Origin: Candidatus Nitrotoga sp. 1052
GTDB lineage: Bacteria > Pseudomonadota > Gammaproteobacteria > Burkholderiales > Gallionellaceae
Length of the DNA stretch: 64,000 nucleotides
Reading direction: 5' to 3'
Assembly: GCF_927312905.1 (NCBI RefSeq)
Contig: NZ_CAKMHQ010000045.1
Location: 58,229-122,228, forward strand
Shown here in pieces: positions 22,540 to 30,928 of the stretch (positions are counted from its first letter, which is position 1; each line of letters begins with the position of its first letter). The notes beneath the pieces were generated by a model. The model was not told where the DNA came from. It was given only the letters and a program-made list of their open reading frames with translations, and did no database searches. The translations under genes and the position numbers were made by a program.

Positions 22540-22812
22540 TTACCGATGCGCAACCGGACAATTGAAGAATTGCCCGGTTTTATTGCGCTCAAAACCATAT
22601 CTAGAGAATGCATTTCCGCCAAATTCCCTCGCCCAGTGATGCGCACCACCACAGGATTCCATGCCGGCCAGGCAAATCTCCGGCTACCCAAGGTACTGCG
22701 CCATGTCTTTCCGCTTCAACTGCTTTCGCAGCACTTTCTTGCCGTTCGCATCCTCGCCGTGAATCTGTAAAACTTCCTTTGCCAGGCCGATATTAATCGT
22801 CGTAATCTTCAT
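22540..22812 (-). pseudogene. IS110-family (DEDD) transposase N-terminal remnant, frameshifted and truncated
   Basis: Reverse strand reads MKITTINIGLAKEVLQIHGEDANGKKVLRKQLKRKDMAQYLG then stop. A second frame continues LPPCLAGMESCGGAHHWARE. That matches the IS110/IS116 N-terminal consensus (GIDLAKNVFQLHGVD..GK.VLRK.L.R..LL.F...LPPCLVGMEACGSAHHWAREL). It ends abruptly at the outer-membrane-protein gene stop. Confidence 0.5.
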
Positions 22813-22951
22813 TTCGAACACCCCCCTGTTTTAGTGATCATAATCCAGCCACTACTTTGGCACTTCAATGCAATTAGGGAAAGTGGACGCCCATTCCATT
22901 AAAACCGTGGGTTTATCTCCTCGTTAATTATTATTCACTCAGGAAAACACC

Positions 22952-23137
22952 ATGCCTTACGTCAACATTCGCATCGCCGGTACCCTCAGTCGCGAACAGA
23001 AAGCCAAGATCGCTGCAGAGATCACCGACACCCTGGAACGCATCGCGCACAAACCGAAGTCCTACACCTACATTACCTTCGACGAACTGCTGGACGAGAA
23101 CTGGGCGATTGCAGGAAAGTTGCTGGATGAGGAATAA
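22952..23137 (+). CDS. 4-oxalocrotonate tautomerase family enzyme
   Basis: 61 aa starting MP(Y)VNIRI (catalytic Pro1). Canonical 4-OT length. Confidence 0.7.
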   Translation: MPYVNIRIAGTLSREQKAKIAAEITDTLERIAHKPKSYTYITFDELLDENWAIAGKLLDEE

Positions 23138-24374
23138 GCTGAGCGCCAAGTCGGTTGCCGTCATCGGCGGCGGACCTGCCGGACTGATGGCTGCAGAGGT
23201 ATTGATTCAGGGCGGCGTTCAGGTCGATCTTTACGATGCCATGCCATCAGTGGGACGGAAGTTTCTGATGGCTGGCAAGGGCGGCATGAACATCACGCAT
23301 TCCGAGCCAATGGATCCATTCCTCTCGCGCTACGGTGCACGCCGCGCCCAGATCAAGCCGCTACTTGACACCTTCGGACCGGAGGCTCTGCGAGAGTGGG
23401 TGCATAACCTTGGCATAGCGACATTCGTCGGCACGTCCGGGCGCGTATTCCCGGCTGACATGAAAGCAGCACCGCTCTTGCGCGCTTGGCTGCACCGCTT
23501 GCGTGAGGCCGGAGTGAATTTCCATATGCGCCATCGCTGGTGCGGGTGGAATGAAAATGGTGCGCTTCGTTTTGCCACCCCACAGGGCGAGCACACCGCG
23601 AATGTCGATGCAGTGGTGCTGGCACTGGGTGGCGGCAGTTGGGCGCAACTTGGTTCCGATGGCGCATGGGTACCGCTGCTCGCTCAGCGCGGCATTCCCG
23701 TTGTGCCATTTCAACCCGCAAACTGCGGTTTCGATGTCGGCTGGAGCGAGTACTTCAGCTCCCGCTTCGCCGGGCATCCGGTAAAAGCAGTAACGGTGAC
23801 CTTTACCGATGCAGCGGGGCGCTTTCACCATCGACAGGGTGACCTCATGGTGACGGCGACCGGGGTTGAAGGCGGCCTGATTTACGCTTTGTCAGCACTT
23901 CTGCGCGATGAGATTGCTGCCACCGGCGCGGCAGTCATTTACCTTGATCTGACGCCCGGAAAAAATTTGCCTCGCATCATCGCCGAGATAGCGCATCCGC
24001 GCGGTTCCCGCTCGATGGCCAGCCATTTGCAGAGCCGGGCAAGCATCAAGGGGGTAAAAACTGGCCTGCTGCGCGAATTGGTGCCGCCATCAGACTTCGC
24101 CAACCCCGAGCACCTTGCGGCTTCAATTAAATCATTGCCGTTGCGGCTCATCGCACCGCGTCCGCTGGATGAGGCCATCAGCAGCGCAGGGGGCGTTGCC
24201 TTCGAAGCGCTGGATGAATGCTTGATGGTGCGCGCCATGCCCGGCGTGTTCTGTGCGGGCGAAATGCTTGACTGGGAAGCGCCCACCGGCGGCTATCTGC
24301 TCACCGCCTGTTTCACAAGCGGACGCACCGCAGGCTTGGGAGCGCTGGCCCACCTCGAATACGGGAACATTTAG
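23127..24374 (+). CDS. FAD/NAD(P)-binding flavoprotein, HI0933/BaiN-like (TIGR03862-type) oxidoreductase
   Basis: N-terminal dinucleotide-binding GxGxxG (VAVIGGGPAGLMAAE) and a C-terminal CAGEMLDWEAPTGGYLL block typical of HI0933-like flavoproteins. Overlaps the tautomerase gene by 11 nt. Confidence 0.7.
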   Translation: MRNKLSAKSVAVIGGGPAGLMAAEVLIQGGVQVDLYDAMPSVGRKFLMAGKGGMNITHSEPMDPFLSRYGARRAQIKPLLDTFGPEALREWVHNLGIATFVGTSGRVFPADMKAAPLLRAWLHRLREAGVNFHMRHRWCGWNENGALRFATPQGEHTANVDAVVLALGGGSWAQLGSDGAWVPLLAQRGIPVVPFQPANCGFDVGWSEYFSSRFAGHPVKAVTVTFTDAAGRFHHRQGDLMVTATGVEGGLIYALSALLRDEIAATGAAVIYLDLTPGKNLPRIIAEIAHPRGSRSMASHLQSRASIKGVKTGLLRELVPPSDFANPEHLAASIKSLPLRLIAPRPLDEAISSAGGVAFEALDECLMVRAMPGVFCAGEMLDWEAPTGGYLLTACFTSGRTAGLGALAHLEYGNI

Positions 24375-24419
24375 CCATGGCTAAACTAATGTTCCAGCCC
24401 CGGCCAGGCCAGGCCAACC

Positions 24420-27400
24420 TCACACCATGAAGTTGATCAAATATTCAATGAGCTGCGCGCCGCCAAACCCACCGAAAGGCAAGAGCAGCGCGCGCAACGC
24501 CGGCTGCTCAGTGACTGGGGCAAAAACGCCCTCACGAGTGTTGCGAATACGCTCCATCAGCAGTTTGATCTGTTCCGCGCTAATTGGCGGCTCTTTCAGC
24601 TGAGACTGGCCAGCCACCGTACCATTGACCCTGTCAGGTGACGGGCTACCGTCTTCAGGATTTTCATCAAGATTGTTCTTCAGCGGGGACGGGGCCTGCA
24701 TGCGCCACAACAGCATTTCGTAGTAGTTGAGCGCCTTGGTGCGCGCCGCCAAGGCGCCTCTATGCAGCAGTACCTCGCTGAATAGCGCATAGACCAGCAC
24801 GAGCCCGATGACAAAAACTAGCACAAGCGGAAAATTCATCGCGTCAAAGAGATCGCTCCGCGCGATTACCATGAACAGAATCGAGACGAACGGCAAGTAG
24901 ATAAGCCAATGAATGCGTTGCGTGGCGCGCATAACTAACTGAAAGTCAAGGTAGTCCGCGAGATACGCACGCGGCACGCCGGTCTCGGCCTCTTTGCGAT
25001 TGAGCAACCGCTCAGGCCACACGCTGCTCATATTGCTCAGTATCTTGATAAACTGCGCGCAAGCACGCGTCTGGTAGCTGACCCAGAAGATGACCAGCCA
25101 CAAAATCGACGCGTTGAGGAATACAAGAATGAGGTTCAGTCTTTCCACAAGCTGACCTCGGTGAGGAAATAATGGCATGCCAAAAATTTGGTACGCCACA
25201 TAGCCAAGTAAGACTACAATTGCAGTGGAGAGCAAGATCCAGCCTGTCATCTCGCGCATGCCGGTGGCACACAAGTAGTTCTGCCACAGGGTTGCGATCT
25301 CGACCTCAGTATTCCCTGGCTTCGGGCCGACCTTGTCTTCCCTATTGAATGAGGTCAAATCGAGATACGGGCCGGTCAACATTGCAGACCATCTGCTGCG
25401 CGCCAGCGTCCATGTCTGCGGCAGGGCAAAATTGAAGCTTCTGGATATGAGACGCGCCTCCCGCCAGATCCAAATCCAGAGTACAAGCGCAAGCACAATC
25501 GTAAGCACGAAGCCGATGAAGCGTAACACCAGACTCGGCCACACGCTGGTTCCTTCCAACCACACGAACGGCTCACCGATTCCCTGCTTAAGCGAAGCAT
25601 TCATTTCTCCTATGATATACGCGAAGATATAAAGCACCACTAAAGCCAGCAAACCCACGCCCGTCAACCAGAATTTTGCGACTTTCGCATTCATAGGAGA
25701 GGAAAGTACATTTTTCACGGCGCACAACGTTTCATGAACATGACGGCTTGCCATGGCGATTAACAGGAGTCCAAGGGCGATCATTAAGAAAATCTCAGGC
25801 GCATGCTCAAATGATGGCCGGCCCAGCGGCCTGGCCGGCTCGATGCCCGTGCACTCCGCCCAATAGTTGTGATCACAGGGTTTATATATCTTTGGAGAGA
25901 TAGTGCCCTTGGGGTTGGAACCTTCAATTTTGGAGGCGTCATACCAAACGGTGAGATCATCAACCGTCGGCGAGGCGACATGCACAGCCTCTGTCCGACC
26001 GATCTCGAAGATCTGCGGATACAGCCACTGCTTCATCTTGCCGGTCCAATCGAACACCTTGTTCTCGAGCGCCATCAATGTAGCAAGGTAAGTTGCTGTC
26101 TGGTAGCTATCTCGAAATGGCAAGGTCGACTGTTGCAGTTCCGGACGAAGCGACAATCCGAAGTTGGACGCAACTACGAGGTTGCGCGCCCAATCCTTCT
26201 GATCAGCGTGCAGGTAGCGCGCATCAAGGTCGGTGGTGAAGAATATCTTGTCCTTGAAACGGTTGCGAAGCGCCTGGAGGATAAGGAGTTTGTCATACAC
26301 GTCGGAACCAACGATACCAATCGCCTTTATGCCGTTCTCTGCAAACTGCTTATCGCTATTAAGCTGCGTAATCTCGTCGGCAAGCCGCCGCAGATAGTCA
26401 TACTGGCTTCGTCCTTCGGCGTGCTCTATCGGGATATCGTTGAGCTGCGCGCCCAAGTCCTTTGATTTTCCACCATCATTCTTGTGCGATGCTTTGGTGC
26501 CAGACTTGTCTATATCAGGCAACACGCCATCCAGCCCACGCAGATAGGTAAATGTGCGTACCTGCTTCGACACGCTGGGATCAGTCCCGCAGAGCGACGA
26601 AAAGCCGTCGGTGAGATTCCGGGATAGCGTGCGAGCATACGTGGAATCCCACTCGCTGATTAGCACCAAGCCGTCCTTGCAATTACGTGGAGAGCTTGCA
26701 TATTTCTTGCTATTCACAAACTGCGCCCATTTCAGCTGCCACCACGAATCATCATATCCGAACTCACGATTGACGCCGCGCTGCCACAACTCCCACAGCA
26801 ACGCGGCCGAGAGTGTGTCGTCGGTGCCGATCGTGCGAACGATCTGGGGCATTGTCAGATCGCTCGATCGGGGAAAGTCTTTTATCTTGATGCAATCCCA
26901 CAGCTTCTTCTTGCTGTCATCTCGCCCCCCCGAAACGAGTGACAGTTCGCAATTAGAGACGGTAGCGCTGGGCGAGAACATCTGGAGCATAACGCCACTC
27001 TTCGGCATCACAGAATTTTGCTTCGTGACATTCCCGGTTGTCGGCAGACCACTATCGGGAAGCAGCTTCGTTAGCATCGCCGACCCCGCCGGCCCGACCA
27101 GCTTGACATTGAGGCCATCGCTGCTGTTGGCTGGTAACGTAGTATCCGGAGGTGGCGTCAAACCTCTAAACAAGGCATGCAGCTTCACCAGCGGCGCAGT
27201 GGTGAACTTTTCCTCGTTCAGCCAGAGCACCAGCACATTGGAAGACGGATCTTTCCGCTCGTACCACTCGTATGGCACAGTCAACTGCAACGGACGGCTG
27301 CCTGATTCAGGCAGGTTGATGTTGAAATAGCCTATCGCGTCGGCGTTCTCGGGATGATAGCGATGAAAACCTAGCGCTGAGACCACTGCGAAACGCGAGC

Positions 27401-27866
27401 GACGCCGATATTCGGCCGCTTCGACGAATGAGCCGCCAAAAACACTCACAGCGACAACCGTCAAACGACTGGGGGCAAGGTGGCGTAACTCATTGATGCG
27501 CTCGTGCAGCGCCTCAGTGGTATGCGCCTTGGAGTTGGATGCCTTGAGAGTAGACGCGACCTCGGTGGCCTGAGCGGAACGCTCCTCATGTTTCTCTATC
27601 GCTGCGAACGGATCCTGCCACAGCCGCGCCTCGATATCCTGTTGAGTGGTCGGCATAAACTTCACGCGCTCTGGATCAATCGGGCGCGCGCTCTCCAGCG
27701 GCACGGTCTTGACCAGCACGCCTGCTGCCAGCAATACCACCATCACAATGGGCAATGGGTTGGCAAACAAGCCTCTGGTTTTGTCACTGTTGTCGGCACT
27801 CATAAATTGACTCAATGCAATAGTTAACTTGTCACGATTTCCTGGATCAGGCTCCCCATCAGCCAT
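24420..27866 (-). CDS. Large (1148 aa) polytopic membrane protein of unknown family
   Basis: Uninterrupted 3447-nt ORF. It has an N-terminal transmembrane helix (PIVMVVLLAAGVLV), a soluble domain of about 630 aa predicted periplasmic, then about 7 hydrophobic helices (e.g. FWLTGVGLLALVVLYIFAYII, VWPSLVLRFIGFVLTIVLALVLWIWIW, FPLVLVFVIGLVLVYALF), and a soluble C-terminal tail of about 110 aa. I recognise no catalytic motif. Confidence 0.6.
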   Translation of the reverse strand: MADGEPDPGNRDKLTIALSQFMSADNSDKTRGLFANPLPIVMVVLLAAGVLVKTVPLESARPIDPERVKFMPTTQQDIEARLWQDPFAAIEKHEERSAQATEVASTLKASNSKAHTTEALHERINELRHLAPSRLTVVAVSVFGGSFVEAAEYRRRSRFAVVSALGFHRYHPENADAIGYFNINLPESGSRPLQLTVPYEWYERKDPSSNVLVLWLNEEKFTTAPLVKLHALFRGLTPPPDTTLPANSSDGLNVKLVGPAGSAMLTKLLPDSGLPTTGNVTKQNSVMPKSGVMLQMFSPSATVSNCELSLVSGGRDDSKKKLWDCIKIKDFPRSSDLTMPQIVRTIGTDDTLSAALLWELWQRGVNREFGYDDSWWQLKWAQFVNSKKYASSPRNCKDGLVLISEWDSTYARTLSRNLTDGFSSLCGTDPSVSKQVRTFTYLRGLDGVLPDIDKSGTKASHKNDGGKSKDLGAQLNDIPIEHAEGRSQYDYLRRLADEITQLNSDKQFAENGIKAIGIVGSDVYDKLLILQALRNRFKDKIFFTTDLDARYLHADQKDWARNLVVASNFGLSLRPELQQSTLPFRDSYQTATYLATLMALENKVFDWTGKMKQWLYPQIFEIGRTEAVHVASPTVDDLTVWYDASKIEGSNPKGTISPKIYKPCDHNYWAECTGIEPARPLGRPSFEHAPEIFLMIALGLLLIAMASRHVHETLCAVKNVLSSPMNAKVAKFWLTGVGLLALVVLYIFAYIIGEMNASLKQGIGEPFVWLEGTSVWPSLVLRFIGFVLTIVLALVLWIWIWREARLISRSFNFALPQTWTLARSRWSAMLTGPYLDLTSFNREDKVGPKPGNTEVEIATLWQNYLCATGMREMTGWILLSTAIVVLLGYVAYQIFGMPLFPHRGQLVERLNLILVFLNASILWLVIFWVSYQTRACAQFIKILSNMSSVWPERLLNRKEAETGVPRAYLADYLDFQLVMRATQRIHWLIYLPFVSILFMVIARSDLFDAMNFPLVLVFVIGLVLVYALFSEVLLHRGALAARTKALNYYEMLLWRMQAPSPLKNNLDENPEDGSPSPDRVNGTVAGQSQLKEPPISAEQIKLLMERIRNTREGVFAPVTEQPALRALLLPFGGFGGAQLIEYLINFMV

Positions 27867-28147
27867 AGATGAATTTCAGCTTTGCACAGTTTCATATACA
27901 CCTTATTTGGCAGACTGGCTGACTTGTTCTTGGGCGCGTGTCCTCGGTTAAAAAGTCAATAACAATCTGATTATAAATATATTTTTAACATAATCAGCAT
28001 GCCAAAACAATCAATAAGCTACGCTCAAAACTCGCTATATTCCTAAAAATTAAATATTTTGATCAGAGTTTAATAATGGAGCTGCGCCAAGAAAAAGAGA
28101 ATAAGCAAACTGCTTATTCTTAACAAGAAAATCCATTTATTTTGCGA

Positions 28148-28245
28148 CTTGTCTCACTTAAAGCATTCTTTAACTGTTCAGCTTTCGCAGATAGTCTGCA
28201 TTGATCATCTTGTAGCACCATCAGTTTTAGCTGATCAATGATCGC
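28148..28245. repeat. Intergenic repeat X, copy 1 (copy 2 at 37556-37650)
   Basis: Shared ...tgttcag.cttcgcagata...cattg.t.atcttgtagcacc.tcagtttta.ctgatcaatg, about 85% identity over about 70-95 bp. The homology ends sharply at caatg in both copies. Confidence 0.6.
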
Positions 28246-28322
28246 TGGCACCGCCGAATGTAAATTGATACATAGCACCGATAGAAAACTAATACACCGA
28301 ATTGAGAAGATTGCCGGATTTT

Positions 28323-28403
28323 AGAAACGGCCATGATCACAGACGAGGGGTATGTGGAAATCGAATTATTGAGGAAGCACGGCATGAGCTTGCGCAAGAT
28401 TGC
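28323..28403 (+). pseudogene. Transposase N-terminal HTH remnant (IS21 IstA-like), truncated
   Basis: MITDEGYVEIELLRKHGMSLRKIAEE then stop. The pattern EI..L...G.S.R.IA.E matches the IstA-type HTH. It is cut exactly where the duplicated flavoprotein segment begins. Confidence 0.3.
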
Positions 28404-28416
28404 TGAAGAGTAGGAT

Positions 28417-29119
28417 GCCGCTGCTCGCGCAGCGCGGCATTCCCGTTATGCCATTACAACCCGCAAACTGCGGTTTCGATGTCGGCTGGAGCGAGTACTT
28501 CAGCTCCCGCTTCGCCGGGCATCCGGTAAAAACAGTGACGGTGACCTTTACCGATGCAGCAGGAGGCTTTCACCGTCGACAGGGTGACCTCATGGTGACG
28601 GCGACCGGGGTTGAAGGCGGTCTGATCTACGCTTTGTCTGCACTTCTGCGCGATGAGATTGCAGCCACAGGCGCGGCAGTTATTTACCTCGATCTGACGC
28701 CCGGAAAAGATTTGCCGCGAGTCATCGCCAAGATAGCGCATCCGCGCGGTTCCCGCTCAATGTCCAGCCATTTGCAGAGCCGGGCAAACATCAAGGGGGT
28801 AACAACTGGCCTGCTGCGCGAACGGGTGCCGCCATCAGACTTCGCCTATCCTGAGCATCTTGCGGCAGCGATCAAATCATTGCCTTTGCGGCTCATCGCA
28901 CCGCGTCCGCTGGATGAGGCCATCAGCAGCGCAGGAGGCTTCGCTTTCGAGGCACTGGATGAATGCTTGATGGTGCGCACCATGCCCGGCATATTTTGTG
29001 CGGGCGAAATGCTTGACTGGGAAGCGCCCACCGGCGGCTATCTGCTCACCGCCTGTTTCGCTAGCGGACGCACCGCTGGGCTGGGAGCGCTGGCCCACCT
29101 CGAATGCGGGAACATTTAA
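28417..29119 (+). pseudogene. Partial (3' two-thirds) diverged duplicate of the HI0933-like flavoprotein gene at 23127-24374
   Basis: Collinear with 23673-24374 at roughly 90-93% nucleotide identity. The encoded 233 aa differ from the parent by scattered substitutions. There is no N-terminal FAD-binding half and no start context. Confidence 0.75.
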
Positions 29120-29199
29120 CCATGGTTAAACTTATTTTACAGCCCCGGCCAAACTAACCTCACACAGTGAGGTTGATCAAATATTTATAAGCTGCGAGC

Positions 29200-29448
29200 C
29201 TCCAAAAATAAGAAGAGGCGGATTCAACTCTGAAGTGCAGCTTGTGTAAGTTAATTGAGGTGCACCCACACACCAGCTTGACAGCCGTGAATTTGCACAT
29301 TGATTGTGTGCTCTCTGACTTCGCGATCTACCAACAAGCCTAAGCGTTCCTCGATAGTCATCTTCCTCGTACAACTCAGGTAAGGTCTGCTGTTCAATCA
29401 ATGCACGTGCCATGCCGAACAGGCGTAGTTGGTTAAATTGTTCATGCA
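29200..29448 (-). pseudogene. IS21-family IstB (helper ATPase) N-terminal remnant, frameshifted
   Basis: Reverse strand reads MHEQFNQLRLFGMARALIEQQTLPELYEE. After a +1 shift it reads MTIEERLGLLVDREVREH. That matches the IstB N-terminal domain consensus (L..LrLsGMaeALeeQ...........SfEErLalLldrEw..R). Confidence 0.45.
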
Positions 29449-29454
29449 TAGGAT

Positions 29455-29585
29455 GGTTCCTTATCTCAACTTTTAGTTGAGACCAGCTCCTCCGAAGAGA
29501 CGTGGCACGGCACATGTCCTTTACTTAATATCGTTCTGCCTCAATAAGCAAAAACCTTAAGGATTAACCACTATAGGTGGTGTGA
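29455..29585. repeat. Intergenic repeat R, copy 1 (copy 2 at 33655-33790)
   Basis: About 115-130 bp at about 85% identity between the copies. It contains the hairpin tctcaac-tttta-gttgaga and the segment ctcctccgaagagacgtggcacggcacatgtcc. Both copies abut a minus-strand start codon. Confidence 0.7.
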
Positions 29586-29656
29586 ATAAGCATCATCTTG
29601 ATTATGTAATGAAGCAAAAATTGTTCACACTACTTTAATAAAAGGAGGACATAAAA

Positions 29657-30928
29657 ATGTCTTATATGAAAAAAGTAATTACATCCACTATGCTGGGAAA
29701 TGGGCTGGAATGGTATGACTATGCGCTATATGGCACCTTCTCGGCCCTTATCAGCCAGCAATTTTTTCCAAAGGGCAATGATGTTGCTGCACTAATTGCC
29801 ACCTTCGGTATTTTTGCTGCTGGGTTTTTAATGCGTCCCTTGGGTGCCATGTTTTTTGGGGTTATTGGCGATAAATTCGGACGCAAAAATGCGCTGGCAT
29901 TGTCTATTTTGTTAATGGCATTTCCCACGGCCTGCATAGGCTTGTTGCCTACTTATCAAGCCATTGGTATTTGGGCACCCATTCTTTTGACGCTAATCAG
30001 ACTGATACAAGGCTTTGCGGTTGGTGGCGAGTTTGGCGGATCCATTGTTTATTTGGTTGAGCATGCGTCCCCAAAAAATAAGAATTTCATCGGTAGTCTT
30101 TCTATGTTAAGCATGCTGATAGGATTGCTTAGTGGCGCTATTGTCGCAGCAGCACTTGCCAGATTTATGCCGATTGAAGATTTTGAATCTTATGGTTGGC
30201 GAATCCCATTTATTCTCGGTTTCTTTATAGGCATGACAGGCTTATATATCCGCACCAAGCTGCATGAAAGCCCCGCATTTTTAGAACAACAAGAAAATCA
30301 CACTATTTCGGACACACCATTGAAAGATGCTTTACAGCACAACTACAAAGAAATTGTTTTAGGCGTAGGCATCTATCTTGCTGTCACTATTCCGTTTTAT
30401 ATCCAAACGGTTTTAATGCCCAGTTTCATGGAAAAGTTTCTGAATTTTTCAAAGGCAGACTCTTTTCTACTATTCACTATCAGTTTAATAACGATGATGA
30501 TAGTAGTGCCTATTTCTGCCAAATTATGCGATAAAAAGAATAGGGAAACTGTACTTATAGTTGTGCTGTTAGCGTATTTTTCTTTTGCAATCCCCTATAT
30601 TTATTTGCTGGATTATAAAACCTTTAGCTTCGCGCTCATTTCGCAAATAACTTTTTCAAGCATTCTTGGGTTTTATATTGCCCCCATACCAACGCTGGTA
30701 GTTGAGTTGTTTCCGACCAGAACGCGCTATACAGGCATGTCGTTAGCGTGTAATTTGGCTGCAGCAATATTTGGCGGAACGACACCTATATTATTGACAA
30801 AAATGATGTCGGCAACTGAATCACATTTGCCAATTGCGTTTTATATCATGTTCGCTGCGATTGTTTCTTTCGTTTGCATTGCAAATGTAAAAGCGAGGCA
30901 AAAGCGTGCTTTGTTACATCTTGTATAG
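29657..30928 (+). CDS. MFS transporter, metabolite:H+ symporter (MHS; ProP/KgtP-like) family
   Basis: Twelve transmembrane helices. N-terminal LEWYDYALYG and GxxxDKFGRK motifs are characteristic of the MHS family. aaggagga ribosome-binding site. Confidence 0.7.
   Translation: MSYMKKVITSTMLGNGLEWYDYALYGTFSALISQQFFPKGNDVAALIATFGIFAAGFLMRPLGAMFFGVIGDKFGRKNALALSILLMAFPTACIGLLPTYQAIGIWAPILLTLIRLIQGFAVGGEFGGSIVYLVEHASPKNKNFIGSLSMLSMLIGLLSGAIVAAALARFMPIEDFESYGWRIPFILGFFIGMTGLYIRTKLHESPAFLEQQENHTISDTPLKDALQHNYKEIVLGVGIYLAVTIPFYIQTVLMPSFMEKFLNFSKADSFLLFTISLITMMIVVPISAKLCDKKNRETVLIVVLLAYFSFAIPYIYLLDYKTFSFALISQITFSSILGFYIAPIPTLVVELFPTRTRYTGMSLACNLAAAIFGGTTPILLTKMMSATESHLPIAFYIMFAAIVSFVCIANVKARQKRALLHLV

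Noticed and set aside
22359-22796. Minus-strand ORF 22359-22691 and plus-strand ORFs 22546-22796
   Set aside because: The first overlaps the outer-membrane-protein gene antisense. The others are alternative frames of the decayed IS110 stub.
25012-27827. Several 60-258-aa ORFs antisense to, or out of frame within, the 1148-aa gene
   Set aside because: A single uninterrupted 3447-nt frame with coherent membrane topology is far more parsimonious. The alternatives have no start context.
29177-29515. The 112-aa minus-strand ORF treated as an intact gene
   Set aside because: Its N-terminus lies in repeat R and its body is a frameshifted IstB fragment. It is annotated as a pseudogene instead.
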